Notes: generated from the sequence alone by a model not told the origin. A stretch of 64,000 nt of DNA from Octopus sinensis (GCF_006345805.1 NC_043015.1:18786001-18850000); one strand, 5' to 3'; counted from the stretch's first letter, positions 1-12,035 are shown. A program made the numbers and translations.

Positions 1-157
1 TATCTGAAAAGAAATAGCAATTTCAGCAAAACATATTAAGCAACGATAATAATAAATCAAAAATCATAAAAATAAACAAGCTTTTGACAGTTTTATAGAT
101 ATTTCAAAATTATGATGCTATGATGGTAGGTGTTTCCATTATTTTGTCCAATCCCTG
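1..157 (-). mobile_element. End of a Tc1-like DNA transposon with TIR (same family as 50047-51383)
   Basis: 1-157 aligns with 51230-51383; TIR AGGTGTTTCCATTATTTTGTCCAATCCCTG (128-157) is followed by TA. Confidence 0.8.
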
Positions 158-189
158 TATAAATATATGTGTGTGTGTGTATATTTGTG

Positions 190-410
190 TGTCTGTGTTT
201 GTCACTCCACATCGCTTGACAACTGATGTTGGTGTGTTTACGCCTCCGTAAACTAGCGGTTCGGCAAAACAGACAGATAGAATAAGTAACAGTCTTACAA
301 AGAATAAGTCCTGGGCTCGATTTGTTCGAGTAAAGGCGGTGTTCCATCATGGCCGCAGTCAAATGAATGAAACAAAAAAGTATAAAAGAATATATATATA
401 TTATTATACG
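190..410 (+). mobile_element. 3' half of a tRNA-derived SINE
   Basis: Matches 37930-38133 (catcgcttgaca...gaataagtcctggg...catggccgcagtcaaatga). Confidence 0.75.
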
Positions 411-1028
411 ATTGAAAGCCACGCATCATCTTCCAAGTAAGTTTTATCTTAATATTCTGATGCACACTCTCTACTATCTTTTTACTCTTTCGTCTTTCTT
501 TCCTTCTCTCTCTTATTCTTTTAGCTCCTCTTGTCCCACTTTTCTATCCTATTACTCTGTCACTCTCTCTCTCTCTCACTCCACCCTCAATCCTCCCACG
601 TGACCATTGGCCATCTTTCTTCTAACTTCTGTTTCTTTCTCTCCGTTGTAGCTGGAGGACGTGTTCTTGTCTGCCTCCTGTCCAAGCTTGATTTACGCGT
701 TCACCACCACAACCTCATTTAGGCCTAGCAGCCCTTCCTGTTTGTTTTCACTATCCTGTTTGTGTTACCAATTCTGACCCTCCCCAAATCCCAAATTTTA
801 TTTAATTTGATTTGCGGGATCAACTGTTTTCTCAAAAGCGTATATTGTTGCTAAATGCTAGAAATACGATGTAGAAAAACAACCAACAACTGATGAAGGG
901 TCGATCTTTATGTTGTTTTTCTTGGTTTCCATTTGTGTCTTTCGTTGTTTGAAAAAATAGTTCATAATCCATGTACACATACTTCGTATTTTTTTTGTTG
1001 TACACGTTTCGTGACGTCCTGTGCCCAC

Positions 1029-1032
<4 letters not shown>

Positions 1033-1073
<41 letters not shown>

Positions 1074-1179
1074 CGTATAGATGTAAGTATGTACATGTAC
1101 GTATGGATATATGCATATATATATATATGTATATATATATACGTATAGATGTAAGTATGTACATGTACGTATGGATATA

Positions 1180-1231
<52 letters not shown>
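1033..1231. repeat. Compound (TA)n microsatellite with an internal ~68-bp tandem duplication
   Basis: atgtatatatatatacgtatagatgtaagtatgtacatgtacgtatggatatatgc occurs twice among TA runs. Confidence 0.9.
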
Positions 1232-1235
<4 letters not shown>

Positions 1236-1449
1236 CGCGCGCGTGTGTGTATTTCTATATGTTTGTGTTTGTCCCACCTCACCGCTTAAAAACTATTGTC
1301 GGATTGTTTGCGTTCCCGTTACTCAGCAGTTCAGCAAAAGAGCCGGACAAAGTATTTACCAGGCTAAAAATAAGTTAAGTATTCATGTAGAATCGTTCGA
1401 TTAAGACTCTTCAACACGGTGCCCCAGGGTGACTAAGTGCAATGACTGA

Positions 1450-1494
<45 letters not shown>

Positions 1495-1702
1495 GTTTAT
1501 ATATTTGTTGGGCAAGATTTTTTATGTGAAGTCGTGTGTTGAAACACATATTGTTATATTTCGGAATGGTCATTTTGCCAGTTTAGCCACTAAAATCACA
1601 CGCACTATATATTTGATGTTATTTTGCTTCAGTGTTATTAAGCTGGTGTATGTGGAAGTGAAGCATTACGGCATGGATATAAGAGATGACACGCATGGGA
1701 AG

Positions 1703-1753
<51 letters not shown>

Positions 1754-2329
1754 GTATATATAAGTGCATGAATCGTATTCCAATTTCTTTCACATTTCAA
1801 TGAACAGCAAATGAGTGACTATCTTTCCTTTCAGACACAATAAAGGCTACGCTTTAAGGTTATTTGGATAAAATTTTCAGAAATAACCCAAAAGGTTTAC
1901 CATTAATTCCGTGAAATATTCATGGGTGCCGCTAGTCTTGAATAATCCACGTAGAAGAGATACCTGATATGAGACTTCAGTTTTCAATTTTAACGTATCA
2001 CTCAAACGTTCATTGGTTGAAGGAGCCTTTGCGAGCGAACCTTGAAGTCCTAGTCAAATAAATATTATGAATGAATTTTACTCTACAAAATGTTTGGTGT
2101 TCTAGCCCCGTAAATGTTTTTTTTCTTTTGTTTTCTACAAGTTGCTCAACAATACTGTAAAGTACGTGTATACACACAAGCGCATACATAAACACATATA
2201 TTCTCTCTCTTTCTCTCTCTCACTCGCTCTTTTTCTCTCTCCCTCCTTCTCTCTCTCTCTCTCTCTCTCTCACATGCACACTGAAATTTGAATGCTTCAC
2301 AGTGCGCTTCGGTAATCACAGTCTTATGA

Positions 2330-2820
2330 AGAATCGTAAAATTGATGTAGTTTGAGGTGGTTTCCCTTGGCTGTACTTGACTTGTTTGTGCTGAGCTTCG
2401 TGAGAGATCGTTTGTTTTTGTATTATATCTGTTAATGTGTGTGTGCTTGTTTTTTTATGTTTGTGGTACTAACATTATATTTTGAACGACTTTTTGGTTA
2501 TACATTTGTCTGTCAGCTTTAGGGAGGTGACTATGAATAATAATTTGGCTATTAATAGGAATGAATCAAAAAATTATTTGTTGTAGACAGAGTTCGGAGT
2601 GTGACAGAATAGAAATTTATGGCCTTAGTAATTTTTGCTTCAAGATCATTGCAATGACTGAGTTGTGTGTTGAAGTATGGTAATAAGGCTGGTCAGTGAA
2701 GTAGTTTCTATTGTGAGGTGTGTGGGGAATTGGGCTGAAATGCAGATGTTTCTGAAGCAGGATGCGTTAGTACGAGGAGTGTGAGAGTGTCTTATTGCAG
2801 ATGAACTTTGCTGCAACTAA
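2330..2820 (-). mobile_element. Possible decayed N-terminal region of a Penelope-like ORF
   Basis: Minus-strand translation fragments such as ASCFRNICISAQFPTHL weakly resemble PLE N-termini; many stops. Confidence 0.25.
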
Positions 2821-3179
2821 CACATATACTGAAAATCACAGACATACAAACTGGGTATGCATGCATACACACCAAGCACATAAACACAGAGCCCGTATAC
2901 ATACCACTATACGTATGCGTATTTATGTGTAAGTATCAAAAATATACACGTGCGAGCACTTGTATGTAAAGACATATTCACATGCACACATACATACGCA
3001 CGCATATACTAAAATAATTCATTTGATGGCATTTCAGCCGAAGAGCTTTTACTTAAAGGGGGCGTCAGTCGATCACTGGGCTACCTTCCAGGGATCATTG
3101 CTAGTAATTTTCGACTGAGTGTACTGGAGTAATGTCCCTTCAAAGCACAAACGCATACATGTACAAAGACTTGCTCATA

Positions 3180-3325
3180 CCTACCTACCTACCTACCTAC
3201 CTACCTACCTACCTACCTACCTACCTACCTACCTACCTACCTACCTAACTACCTACCTACCCATCTACCTACCTACATACCTACCTACCTGCACACATAC
3301 ATACATACATACATACATACATACA

Positions 3326-3356
<31 letters not shown>
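3180..3356. repeat. (CTAC)n followed by (ATAC)n microsatellite
   Basis: Directly visible. Confidence 0.95.
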
Positions 3357-3359
<3 letters not shown>

Positions 3360-3788
3360 ATACACAGACACACAGACACAGACAGACCCAGACACGCACA
3401 TATAGGTATAGATATAGAATTGACAAAAATAGTTCTACATCCAGAGAGAGAGATACCAATTTGATATATATACCAAAAATAGCTACTAATTGTTTCATGC
3501 TTTTAAGCTTCTTTAAATAGGCATATTTATAACATATGCAATGTATCTCCAAGCATTCTTTCAGGCTCTGTTTATACGTTAGATAGGATGGTGGTGGATA
3601 GTGAGAAAATAAGAAAACAAAAATGAAAAGAAAAACGCGAAGAAGGTTAATGCAGAAATGTATGTGTCAGGTCACACTTAGTGCTACTGCTTGCATGTAA
3701 TCCAGTTCAACATAGTTGGGCCGATGGCGACTAAACCAGTAAACTTACAAAGCCTGCTTTGTAAGGAGGGCGGTTTTGACAACCAAAT

Positions 3789-3853
<65 letters not shown>

Positions 3854-4278
3854 TCCTTCCCATGCCTGTCATCTCTTATGTCCCTGCCGTAATGCTTCAC
3901 TTCCACATACGCCAGCTTAATTTAACTCGTCCTTAGCCGAAAGACACCTGTTGTTAATGCCCTGTTGTTTACATTTGTATCTGTCTACCGTTTCTATGTT
4001 TTTTTCGTCCTTGTTTTTGTATACATTCGTTGCTTTCTTCCAAGGAATTTAGTGCTCTTAGATTAGATTTTCCTTGCGGCTGGCCAAATTGGAGCAGTCT
4101 CGAATATAAGCAGCCGAAACTGCAAAGATAATCTGGAACTCGACTGACGAAAGAAAACTCCGAATGACCCGTCCTTGTTTTTTCATGTCCCTTTTTGTAT
4201 CATCCAACTGTCTAGATGTTTTGTAGTTGCCTGTTTCGTTCTTGTCTCATTTTTTGTATTCTTATATATATATATATA

Positions 4279-4820
4279 TATGGTAGTTTTGACTTTAAGA
4301 GTCCCTCCTAGCCTGAGGATTTTATATATAGTAATGCCCTTAATATAAATAAATATATTATGAGGGTTTTCACGCTAACTACTTGATAATTTCTTATAAA
4401 GATTTTATCCTATTTTTAAATTGTAAATTTAACCGGAATATATTCAGTGCTGATTTTTATTCTGAATAAACACGTGTACCGAGATGCAATTCGAAAAGCC
4501 CGCCTCTTACATAGATATATAAGTCTGAACAATGATATATACTATGCTGGAGACATTTGTGGTTCATCTGGTATGTTGATTTTTTGTTCATTTTTTGTGT
4601 CTTGATTATGCATGCATTGAAGATTAAAAAGTGCATTTTGTGCACTAATTATGAAATCATATGATCTGCTGCTGAATCTGTTTTTAAAAGGCTCGCTTCG
4701 AGAGTTGCATTCCCTCGCGTTCGGTACAATGTGTTTATTATGGTAGTTTTGACTTTAAGAGACCCTCCTAGCGTGAGGCGTTTACATATAGTAATGCCCT
4801 TAATATAAATAAATATATTT
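4279..4820. mobile_element. Non-coding element with ~80-bp terminal direct repeats (period 460 bp), pLTR/retrozyme-like architecture
   Basis: tatggtagttttgactttaagag...ataaatatatt at 4279 and 4739; inner imperfect inverted repeat 4466-4500/4697-4739; (TA)n on the left. Confidence 0.5.
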
Positions 4821-4829
4821 AAAGGGAAA

Positions 4830-5900
4830 ATTGGACTTTATCATATGAAGCAAAAATTGATTTGATAATGATGAAACGATCGTCCAAAGATATATTAAAA
4901 TGATTTACCAACTCCCTTCTCCAATATTTGTTATTACACAAAGACAGACAGACTACACCTACGCCAAATAACAACAGCAAAAACTAAATACATAAAGTCA
5001 ATGCTGGAAACCGAAGAAGCCAACATCATACGCATCGGCAATGAGCTCGTTATGAAGCATTCTCTTCCTCATGATCTTCCATACTATCCTGAAACAGCTG
5101 GACTAACATACTGCAAAGAAAACCTGGATATAAAGCGCTCATCATACCAAATAAAGAAAAAAATGACTATTTTGGTGAAGACTTGAAAAAACAAGAAGGC
5201 AGTAATATCGACATGAATGCAACCTTTTTTGGATTCGTGACTGCTACATCACACTTAGAAGGCCATGTTTTGCAATTCAAGAACAAGAGATTGCTACGAA
5301 ATACTTAGTAAACAAAAGAGATAGGAGTTCCAAGATGCAATCGAAAGTGTAGATTATGTATTTTGGTGGAAGACATGATACATGTGATTAGCAACTGCCC
5401 AAAAATGTCATCAAAGCACTACCTTCTTGTGCGACACAACGTTGTCTCTTAAACAGTATACAGTGCGATTCGAAAATCATTTGCCCTGGAACATGTATAG
5501 AGAACTCTTCACTTATTAAATATATACAATAAACATCAACAGCAGAAATATTGGTGGAACGTTTCCATCAAAACTTCTATAAAGTGCAAACATAACAGGT
5601 CGCATATTGCCGTTTCGGATAGACAAGAAAATGTACGTATCTTCATAGAGGTCAGCTGTCTTGCTGATGTGAATATTTCTTTGAAAATTAAACAGAAAGC
5701 GGATAACTGCTTCGACACCTACAGTTTCTTTCTCCATATTATAATATGAATGGTTTTGTGTGTAAATGCCTGTGACAACTTACAGCTAGCAAATTTGCAC
5801 AATACAATTACAATCTGTAAGTGGAATAGTAAAAATATGCAAGACTTTTCCAAATTTAAAACTGTTTTTGCTATCTACATTTCAATGGTGGAGCCTTGTA
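4830..5900 (+). mobile_element. Decayed R4/Dong-clade non-LTR retrotransposon, C-terminal zinc knuckle and RLE endonuclease
   Basis: Translated fragments HLEGHVFAIQEQEIATKYL, CRLC..EDMIHVISNCPKMSSKHYL.RHN and KYWWNVSIKTSIKCKHNR..IEVSCLADVNI; frameshifted. Confidence 0.75.
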
Positions 5901-5953
5901 TATTATAGAAACTAGCTTCTTTCACAGAAGAAAATTTTAAATAATTAAAAATT

Positions 5954-6237
<284 letters not shown>

Positions 6238-6354
6238 AATAGTAAAAAGTGAAAAAACTACAGAAGGCTTGTTTTAAAAGGTTAAAAAATATATTTGAGA
6301 CATTATGTCAGAAGAATGTTATAAATTTTTTTCATACAGTGACATAGTTTTTGA

Positions 6355-6391
6355 AGAAATTACAAGTTTCGTGTTAACTTTTCAAATTTCT
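6355..6391 (-). ncRNA. Minimal type I hammerhead-like motif with U3:A8 core; helix III loop not palindromic in this copy
   Basis: Reverse complement reads agaaat TTGAAAA gttaacac GAAA cttg TA atttct. Confidence 0.45.
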
Positions 6392-6439
6392 CAAAACATC
6401 GTGTTATGTCTTCGTTATGAAGTGTAAAGAAGAGAAAAT

Positions 6440-6901
6440 TTGTTTTCTAAAATTACGGATGCAAAAGTAAAAAAACTTGGTAGACCAAACTGCTCAACAT
6501 GCCCAAACTTTCTAGAAGGATCAGAATTCATCTTCAAGGAGGGACAAAAATTCAAGATCAAATCTAATTTTACTTGTGCTTCTGAAAACATAATTTATGT
6601 CATAAAATGCTCGGGCTGCCACCAAAACTACGTGGGGTCCACGGGACTATTACTCAGACGTAGATGCACACTACATCGACAACAGATTGCATTCCCAGAA
6701 TACAGAATGATGCCCTTTAGTGAGCATATTGAGAAATGCGCAAAGCAACGACTACCACAATTTTTAATCTTTCCATTTTATCAATGTGCTATTGGAACAC
6801 CAACACAAATTAGACTAAACAAGGAAACATTCTTCATTGAAAAATATAAGCCCAAACTTAACCACTCTAACATTCTCATACAGAGAAACTCACCCCATTA
6901 A
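6440..6901 (+). CDS. GIY-YIG endonuclease domain of a Penelope-like retroelement (Cys-rich, Neptune-like); open for 153 codons, no ATG start, RT missing
   Basis: GRPNCSTC...FTCASENIIYVIKCSGCHQNYVGSTG..LRRRCTLHRQQI...ETFFIEKYKPKLN contains the IIY/YVG motif and conserved R, H, E, N. Confidence 0.85.
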   Translation: MFSKITDAKVKKLGRPNCSTCPNFLEGSEFIFKEGQKFKIKSNFTCASENIIYVIKCSGCHQNYVGSTGLLLRRRCTLHRQQIAFPEYRMMPFSEHIEKCAKQRLPQFLIFPFYQCAIGTPTQIRLNKETFFIEKYKPKLNHSNILIQRNSPH

Positions 6902-7022
6902 ATAAAAGAGGCAAGCTATATAAAGCGATTATCTCCTTTACACCGGAAGAAATCACTTATTACCTCCCCTTACCTGGAACTCTTCTTTATACTTCATAAC
7001 GAAGACTTAACACGATGTTTTG

Positions 7023-7059
7023 AGAAATTTGAAAAGTTAACACGAAACCGGTAATTTCT
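7023..7059 (+). ncRNA. Minimal type I hammerhead ribozyme with U3:A8 core
   Basis: agaaat TTGAAAA gt-taac-ac GAAA C-CG-G TA atttct; 6-bp helix I extendable by ttttg/caaaa; palindromic helix III. Confidence 0.6.
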
Positions 7060-7268
7060 TCAAAAACTATGTCACTGTATGAAAAATTTTTATAACATTC
7101 TTCTGACATAATGACTCAAATATATTTTTTAAACTTTTAAAGCAAGCCTTCTGTCGTTTTTTCACTTTTTACTATTTTCTATATGTTAGTTAGTTAGTTA
7201 GTTAATTTGGCTCAAAAGCAAATAGCAAGGCCATGTAGGGGGACATGGAGTTAAGTACAGGGTGGTGT

Positions 7269-7850
7269 TCATGTAAAGAGTTCAGGCCACTTGAGGTCCA
7301 GGGAGGCTTTGAACAAAGCGGTCGTCGGCATCTTCACCATCTCGTCTGGCAGCTTGTTCCACAGATCCGCAACCCGGACGGAGAAAGCTCCTCTCCTTCG
7401 ATTGAGATGAAATCGTCGCAGGTAGAGCTTTTCGGAATGACCCCGCAGCCGACGCTCCGGAGCAGGAGTGAAGAACAGCTCTTTCGAGAGGTTACACTCT
7501 CCGCTTATGATGTTGTGGGCGAGAATGAGATCACCACGGCGGCGGCGTTTTTCAAGAGAATAAAGGTCGAGCGTCCTCAGCCTTTCTTCGTAGGACAAAT
7601 TTTTGAGACCATGAACCATGCGGGTAGCCAGCTTCTGGACTCTTTCGAGATGCTGTATGTCTTTGAGGAGATAAGGAGAAGAGGCTTGAATCCCATACTC
7701 CAATATGGGTCTCACCAGCGTGTCATAGAGTGGTAGGAATATGGCTGCTGTGAGCATTCCGAATGACCGTCGAATCAAAAACAGAATTCCGCGCGCTTTG
7801 TTGGCAGCATGGACGCACTGGGCCGAAGGCGAAAAGGAGGAATCCACCAA
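7269..7850 (-). pseudogene. CR1 ORF2 C-terminal part
   Basis: LYDTLVRPILEYG, LERVQKLATRMV, YEERLRTLDLYSLEKRRRRGDLI, FSVRVADLWNKLP. Confidence 0.9.
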
Positions 7851-7864
7851 GATACCCAGGTCCT

Positions 7865-8833
7865 TTACCTGATCGGTCCTCTCCAGCAGCAGACGACCGG
7901 CTCGAAATCAAGTTGAGTTGCAGGAGTAGAGCCGACAGGCAGATGACAGCACTTTGACACGTTCAGACACAGGTCCCAATCGTTAGACCACTTCCAAATT
8001 TGGTGGAGGCATCGACGAAGATCCTCTATACTACCGCGAGGAGCAACCAGTTTGATATCGTCGGCAAATAGAAGGGTGTGTTGCGTGAGGTCGTCGGGCA
8101 AGTCATTTATGAAGACTAAGAACAACAAGGGCCCAAGCACTGAACCTTGAGGCACGCCACTGCTCGCACTGGAGACGTCGGACCGCGAACCATTAACTTG
8201 AACTTGGAAGGAGCGATCTGAGAGGAAGGCACCAACCCATCGTACAATATCCGGATGGAAACTATATGCTTGAAGCTTGACAAGTAGTAGGCGGTGGTTT
8301 ACCGAGTCAAAATCTTTGGCAAAGTCCAATAAAACGATGTCAACAGCATCACTATCATCGAGGATGCGCGTCACCAATTCTTCCATTACTAGTAAGTTGG
8401 TCAAGCATGATCTCTTCGGCACGAAGCCGTGTTGGGAATCAGTGATCGAGGCTGTGTTTAGGAGGTGGAGCATCATACTTTTCTTAAGGATGGTTTCGAA
8501 CATCTTGCTGATTATTGATGTAAGGGAAACCGGTCGGTAGTTAAGGGGGTCTTCGCGGCTCCCTTTCTTGAAAATTGGGCAGATTATCGCTGTTCTCCAG
8601 TCTGCAGGTATAACACCCGTCGCCAATGACATATTGAATAGTCGTGTTAAGGGCTCGCAGATGACCGGAGCCAACGCTTTGATAACCCGTGGGTGTATGC
8701 CGTCAGGGCCGTGACCCTTGTTGACATCGAGGCCTTGAATAACACGTTTGACTTCGTCCCGCGTGATGACCAATCGAAGCATTGGAGGTACCGATCTATC
8801 AAATGGAGGGGGTTCACGACCATATTCAACCAC
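7865..8833 (-). pseudogene. CR1 reverse transcriptase core, frameshifted near 7870-7890
   Basis: GPDGIHPRV, NYRPVSLTS, QHGFVPKRSCLTNL, SGVPQGSVLGPLLFLVFINDL, LLFADDIKL. Confidence 0.9.
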
Positions 8834-9073
8834 GTGCTTTCACACACCAACTTTCTCACCTATATATACATATATATATATATATATAAGTAAATAAATG
8901 GTACAACGAAGTACCGATATTTACTGGAAAATAGCGATCGTAATAAATACGACGCTATTGTATAGCTTCAGTGCGTATATACTAGTAAAGACGTGTGTGT
9001 GCAACAAACATGAAAAAAAGTTGTCTTACCTCTAGGAAGAACATCTGAAAAATGAAAAACCTAGAAACGGATA

Positions 9074-9145
9074 ATGCAGGACCGGTTTCAGACTCTTCAA
9101 ATACGTTTGACAACGTTTGATTTGATATGTCTTCATCAGCTGCAT
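9074..9145 (-). ncRNA. Type I hammerhead ribozyme
   Basis: Reverse complement reads atgcag CTGATGA agac...gtct GAAA C-CG-G TC ctgcat. Confidence 0.8.
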
Positions 9146-9433
9146 ATACCTGGACAAAATTTCAAATGTTGCCACATCTATGCCAGTACACTCGTCTAAA
9201 CGCCCAAACGTTAACAGAACGAGAACAGTGAAGAAGTTTCAATGAAAATAATGCAATACGGAAGTATTGCTTTCCAGTAAAAGATAGCCCGTAAGGGTAA
9301 AATTATACATATAAAAGTAAATAAATGGCACAACGAAGTACCGATATTCACTGTTCTCGTTCTGTTAACGTTTTGGCGTTCAGACGAGTGTACTGGCATA
9401 GATGTGGCAACATTTGAAATTTTGTCCAGGTAT

Positions 9434-9504
9434 ATGCAGCTGATGAAGATAAATCAAATCTACGTTGTCAAACGTATTTGAAGAGTCTGAAACCGGTCCT
9501 GCAT
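9434..9504 (+). ncRNA. Type I hammerhead ribozyme
   Basis: atgcag CTGATGA(9440-46) aga...tct GAAA(9489-92) CCGG TC ctgcat; predicted cleavage after C9498. Confidence 0.8.
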
Positions 9505-9757
9505 TATCCGTTTCTAGGTTTTTCATTTTTCAGATGTTCTTCCTAGAGGTAAAACAAATATTTTTCATGTTTGTTGCACACACACGTCTTTACTAGCATA
9601 TAGGCAGTGAAGTTATACAATAGCGTCGTATTTATTACGATCGCTATTTTCCAGTAAATATCGGTACTTCGTTGTACCATTTATTTACTTTTATATGTAT
9701 AATTTTACCCTTACGAGCTATCTTTTACTGGAAAGCGATACTTTCGTATTGCATCAT

Positions 9758-9801
<44 letters not shown>

Positions 9802-9833
9802 GAAAGCATGGAGTTGAACGACGATTTAGCAAA

Positions 9834-9934
9834 ATTCCTTTATTCTCGACATATGTTTCGAAGGCTGCATATTCCTAATTTCGAAGGAATAAGGGGTGCA
9901 TTATGCCGCCTTCTCATCAGGAAAAACAAGGAAC
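9834..9934 (-). ncRNA. Type I hammerhead ribozyme with extended helices I and II
   Basis: Reverse complement reads gttccttgtttttc CTGATGA gaaggcggcata...tatgcagccttc GAAA C-ATAT-G TC gagaataaaggaat. Confidence 0.85.
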
Positions 9935-10055
9935 TTATGTCAGCATCAAGATGAACAAAAACTCTTAGATGACTGCCCACTAGGAGTCCATAGCGATAAT
10001 GGACTCCTAGTGGGCAGTCATCTAAGAGTTTTTGTTCATCTTGATGCTGACATAA

Positions 10056-10156
10056 GTTCCTTGTTTTTCCTGATGAGAAGGCGGCATAATGCACCCCTTA
10101 TTCCTTCGAAATTAGGAATATGCAGCCTTCGAAACATACGTCGAGAATAAAGGAAT
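10056..10156 (+). ncRNA. Type I hammerhead ribozyme with extended helices I and II
   Basis: CTGATGA 10070-76, GAAA 10131-34, GTC ending at 10142; helix I 12 of 14 pairs; helix III loop ATAC. Confidence 0.85.
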
Positions 10157-10929
10157 TTTGTTAAATCGTCGTTCAACTCCATTCTTTCATTTATTTGTAT
10201 TAAAAAAACACACAAATTTCCACACGAAAGCACGTGATCTCTGCCCTTGGCATGTAGCTTCAACCGTGTTTTTCTGACGTGAATTTGCTACCCAGGTATC
10301 GGTTAACCGAATTATCCATACTAAGATAATTAATTCAACTACTTATATATATATATGTATGTATACATATATTGACATATGGCATATGTATACTTAAATA
10401 TACATATATGCGTACACATTCACACACATAATTTTTTGAGATATTTAGGCAAGTTCGATCGTCTGATGATCCATACCTGAGAATCTCTATACGCCTGTTT
10501 CCTTTTTTCTTTCTGAATGCACATATGTGTGTGTGAATGTGTGTGTGTGTGTGTGTGTGTATAAATACATATACATATATATATTTAAATGAATTTAGAC
10601 ATATACTTGTACATATTTAATAGGTTTAGAACCACGTTTTATGTTGTGAGGAGTTCCTTTGATCATTTCGTGTTCAGTTTCCGATCAATGTCTTTGTGGT
10701 CATAATTAAGATACAATTTTTTTTTTACATCAATTACATTATTAATTATTGGAATCAATGTCATTTTTATAAGTTAGCATGTTTATAAGTGTGTATTTCT
10801 TCCTTGCTTACCCTCCACTTCATCTGTAAACCATTTGGGAATATATAAATATTGCACTCGTTTTTTTATTTAAGTGACGTATAAAATATCATTCTATCTT
10901 TGCCAACACTTTTCTATTGCGCGGGCGAA

Positions 10930-11140
10930 AGATGTACTGTTGCTAGATTATTCGTTCAGTTGTTGCTTAGCCCTGATAAGCAAAACTCTAATAAAAGGCA
11001 GCTAAGGTGCTACCATCATGTCCTCTTTTCCGCTTTTAAGATGGTGTGATGTGATTTTAGGAGACATTTGGCTGCAAATTCCAGCAGCTCTAGTGACTGT
11101 GTGTAGGCTTCTTATTGGCTCAGTTGGTGTTATTCTCACG
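10930..11140. mobile_element. Decayed SINE-like dispersed repeat fragment
   Basis: catttggctgcaaattccagc motif, also seen inverted near 45650; recognised by similarity only. Confidence 0.35.
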
Positions 11141-11227
11141 TTTAAATTTTGCAACCATTTTCTTCCACCTAGACCCATATGTCGATAACGCGACTGTATA
11201 CATACATGCGTACATACATACACACAT

Positions 11228-11266
<39 letters not shown>

Positions 11267-11997
11267 CCCACACATATATGTAGTATGTTGTATGTATGCA
11301 TGTGTGAGCGTACATACGTGTGTATTCGCAAGGACAATTCTGGGTCACAAATTTATAAAGTGAAATATAAAATGAAACTCATTTCTTTTAGAAACTTTCT
11401 ACAGCAGCAACTCCTCGCTGCGGGGAAAATAGCTGCACTCAATACTGGATGACGGTCCTTCCTAATCTATATATATCTTAGACTTTAAGTTGTGCTGTGA
11501 ATAACAAATGTAGAAACATTATACATATATAACTCAGATTTGGTAGGAAAATTAGCAAGTAATTTAAGTTGGAAAAAAGTAGCAAGGCAACATTAAACAG
11601 GAATATTAGCAAAATTAACTTAATATGTTAAACAAAGTATCCTATGCGAGAGCATTAAACTAAAATCAAGCTTTCAAATTCACAAGAATTAATGATAAGC
11701 TAAACAGTGTACAACACACAAAGAACAATTAGGTTCGTGCTTAAAATAAAGTTCCCAGGATCAAGGAAATATTTATCAACACTCGAGTAATAAGTTCGAG
11801 TTATAATGTTCTCAACAACAAACTAAATGCGTTACCTGGACTAGATAGGTACACATACGAACACACATACGCATACATAATACACTTCCCCATATATGCA
11901 TACATGTGTATATGGGGAAGTGTATTATGTATGCGTATGTGTGTTCGTATGTATACCTATCTAGTCCAGGTAACGCATTTAGTTTGTTGGTGAGAAC

Positions 11998-12035
<38 letters not shown>

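Larger units (their letters stand above)
7186..8850 (-). mobile_element. 5'-truncated CR1-clade LINE with (TAAC)n 3' tail
   Basis: RT ORFs 7865-8833 and 7269-7850; tail gttagttagttag at 7185-7204; GC-richer than its flanks. Confidence 0.92.
8888..9765. mobile_element. Non-coding fold-back element: 427-bp terminally redundant unit plus an inverted copy, each with a hammerhead
   Basis: 8888-9229 is inverted to 9345-9690 and 9240-9344 to 9665-9765; 33-bp direct repeat at 8889 and 9316; (TA)n on both sides. Confidence 0.85.
9798..10192. repeat. Near-perfect 194-bp hairpin (7-nt loop) carrying two hammerheads
   Basis: 9798-9991 is the reverse complement of 9999-10192 with about 3 mismatches by eye. 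Confidence 0.95.

Noticed and set aside
832-1771. Many long ORFs rich in YI, HT, VC, LS or ER repeats (here and throughout the window)
   Set aside because: They are translations of (TA)n, (CA)n, (GA)n and tetranucleotide microsatellites, not genes
6440-6901. Selenoprotein (Naiad-type) GIY-YIG
   Set aside because: No in-frame TGA in the ORF; the missing first Cys is a CTT codon
7245-7736. 163-aa + strand ORF (also 8277-8540, 58906-59271, 59233-59655)
   Set aside because: Antisense or off-frame shadows of GC-rich LINE coding sequence
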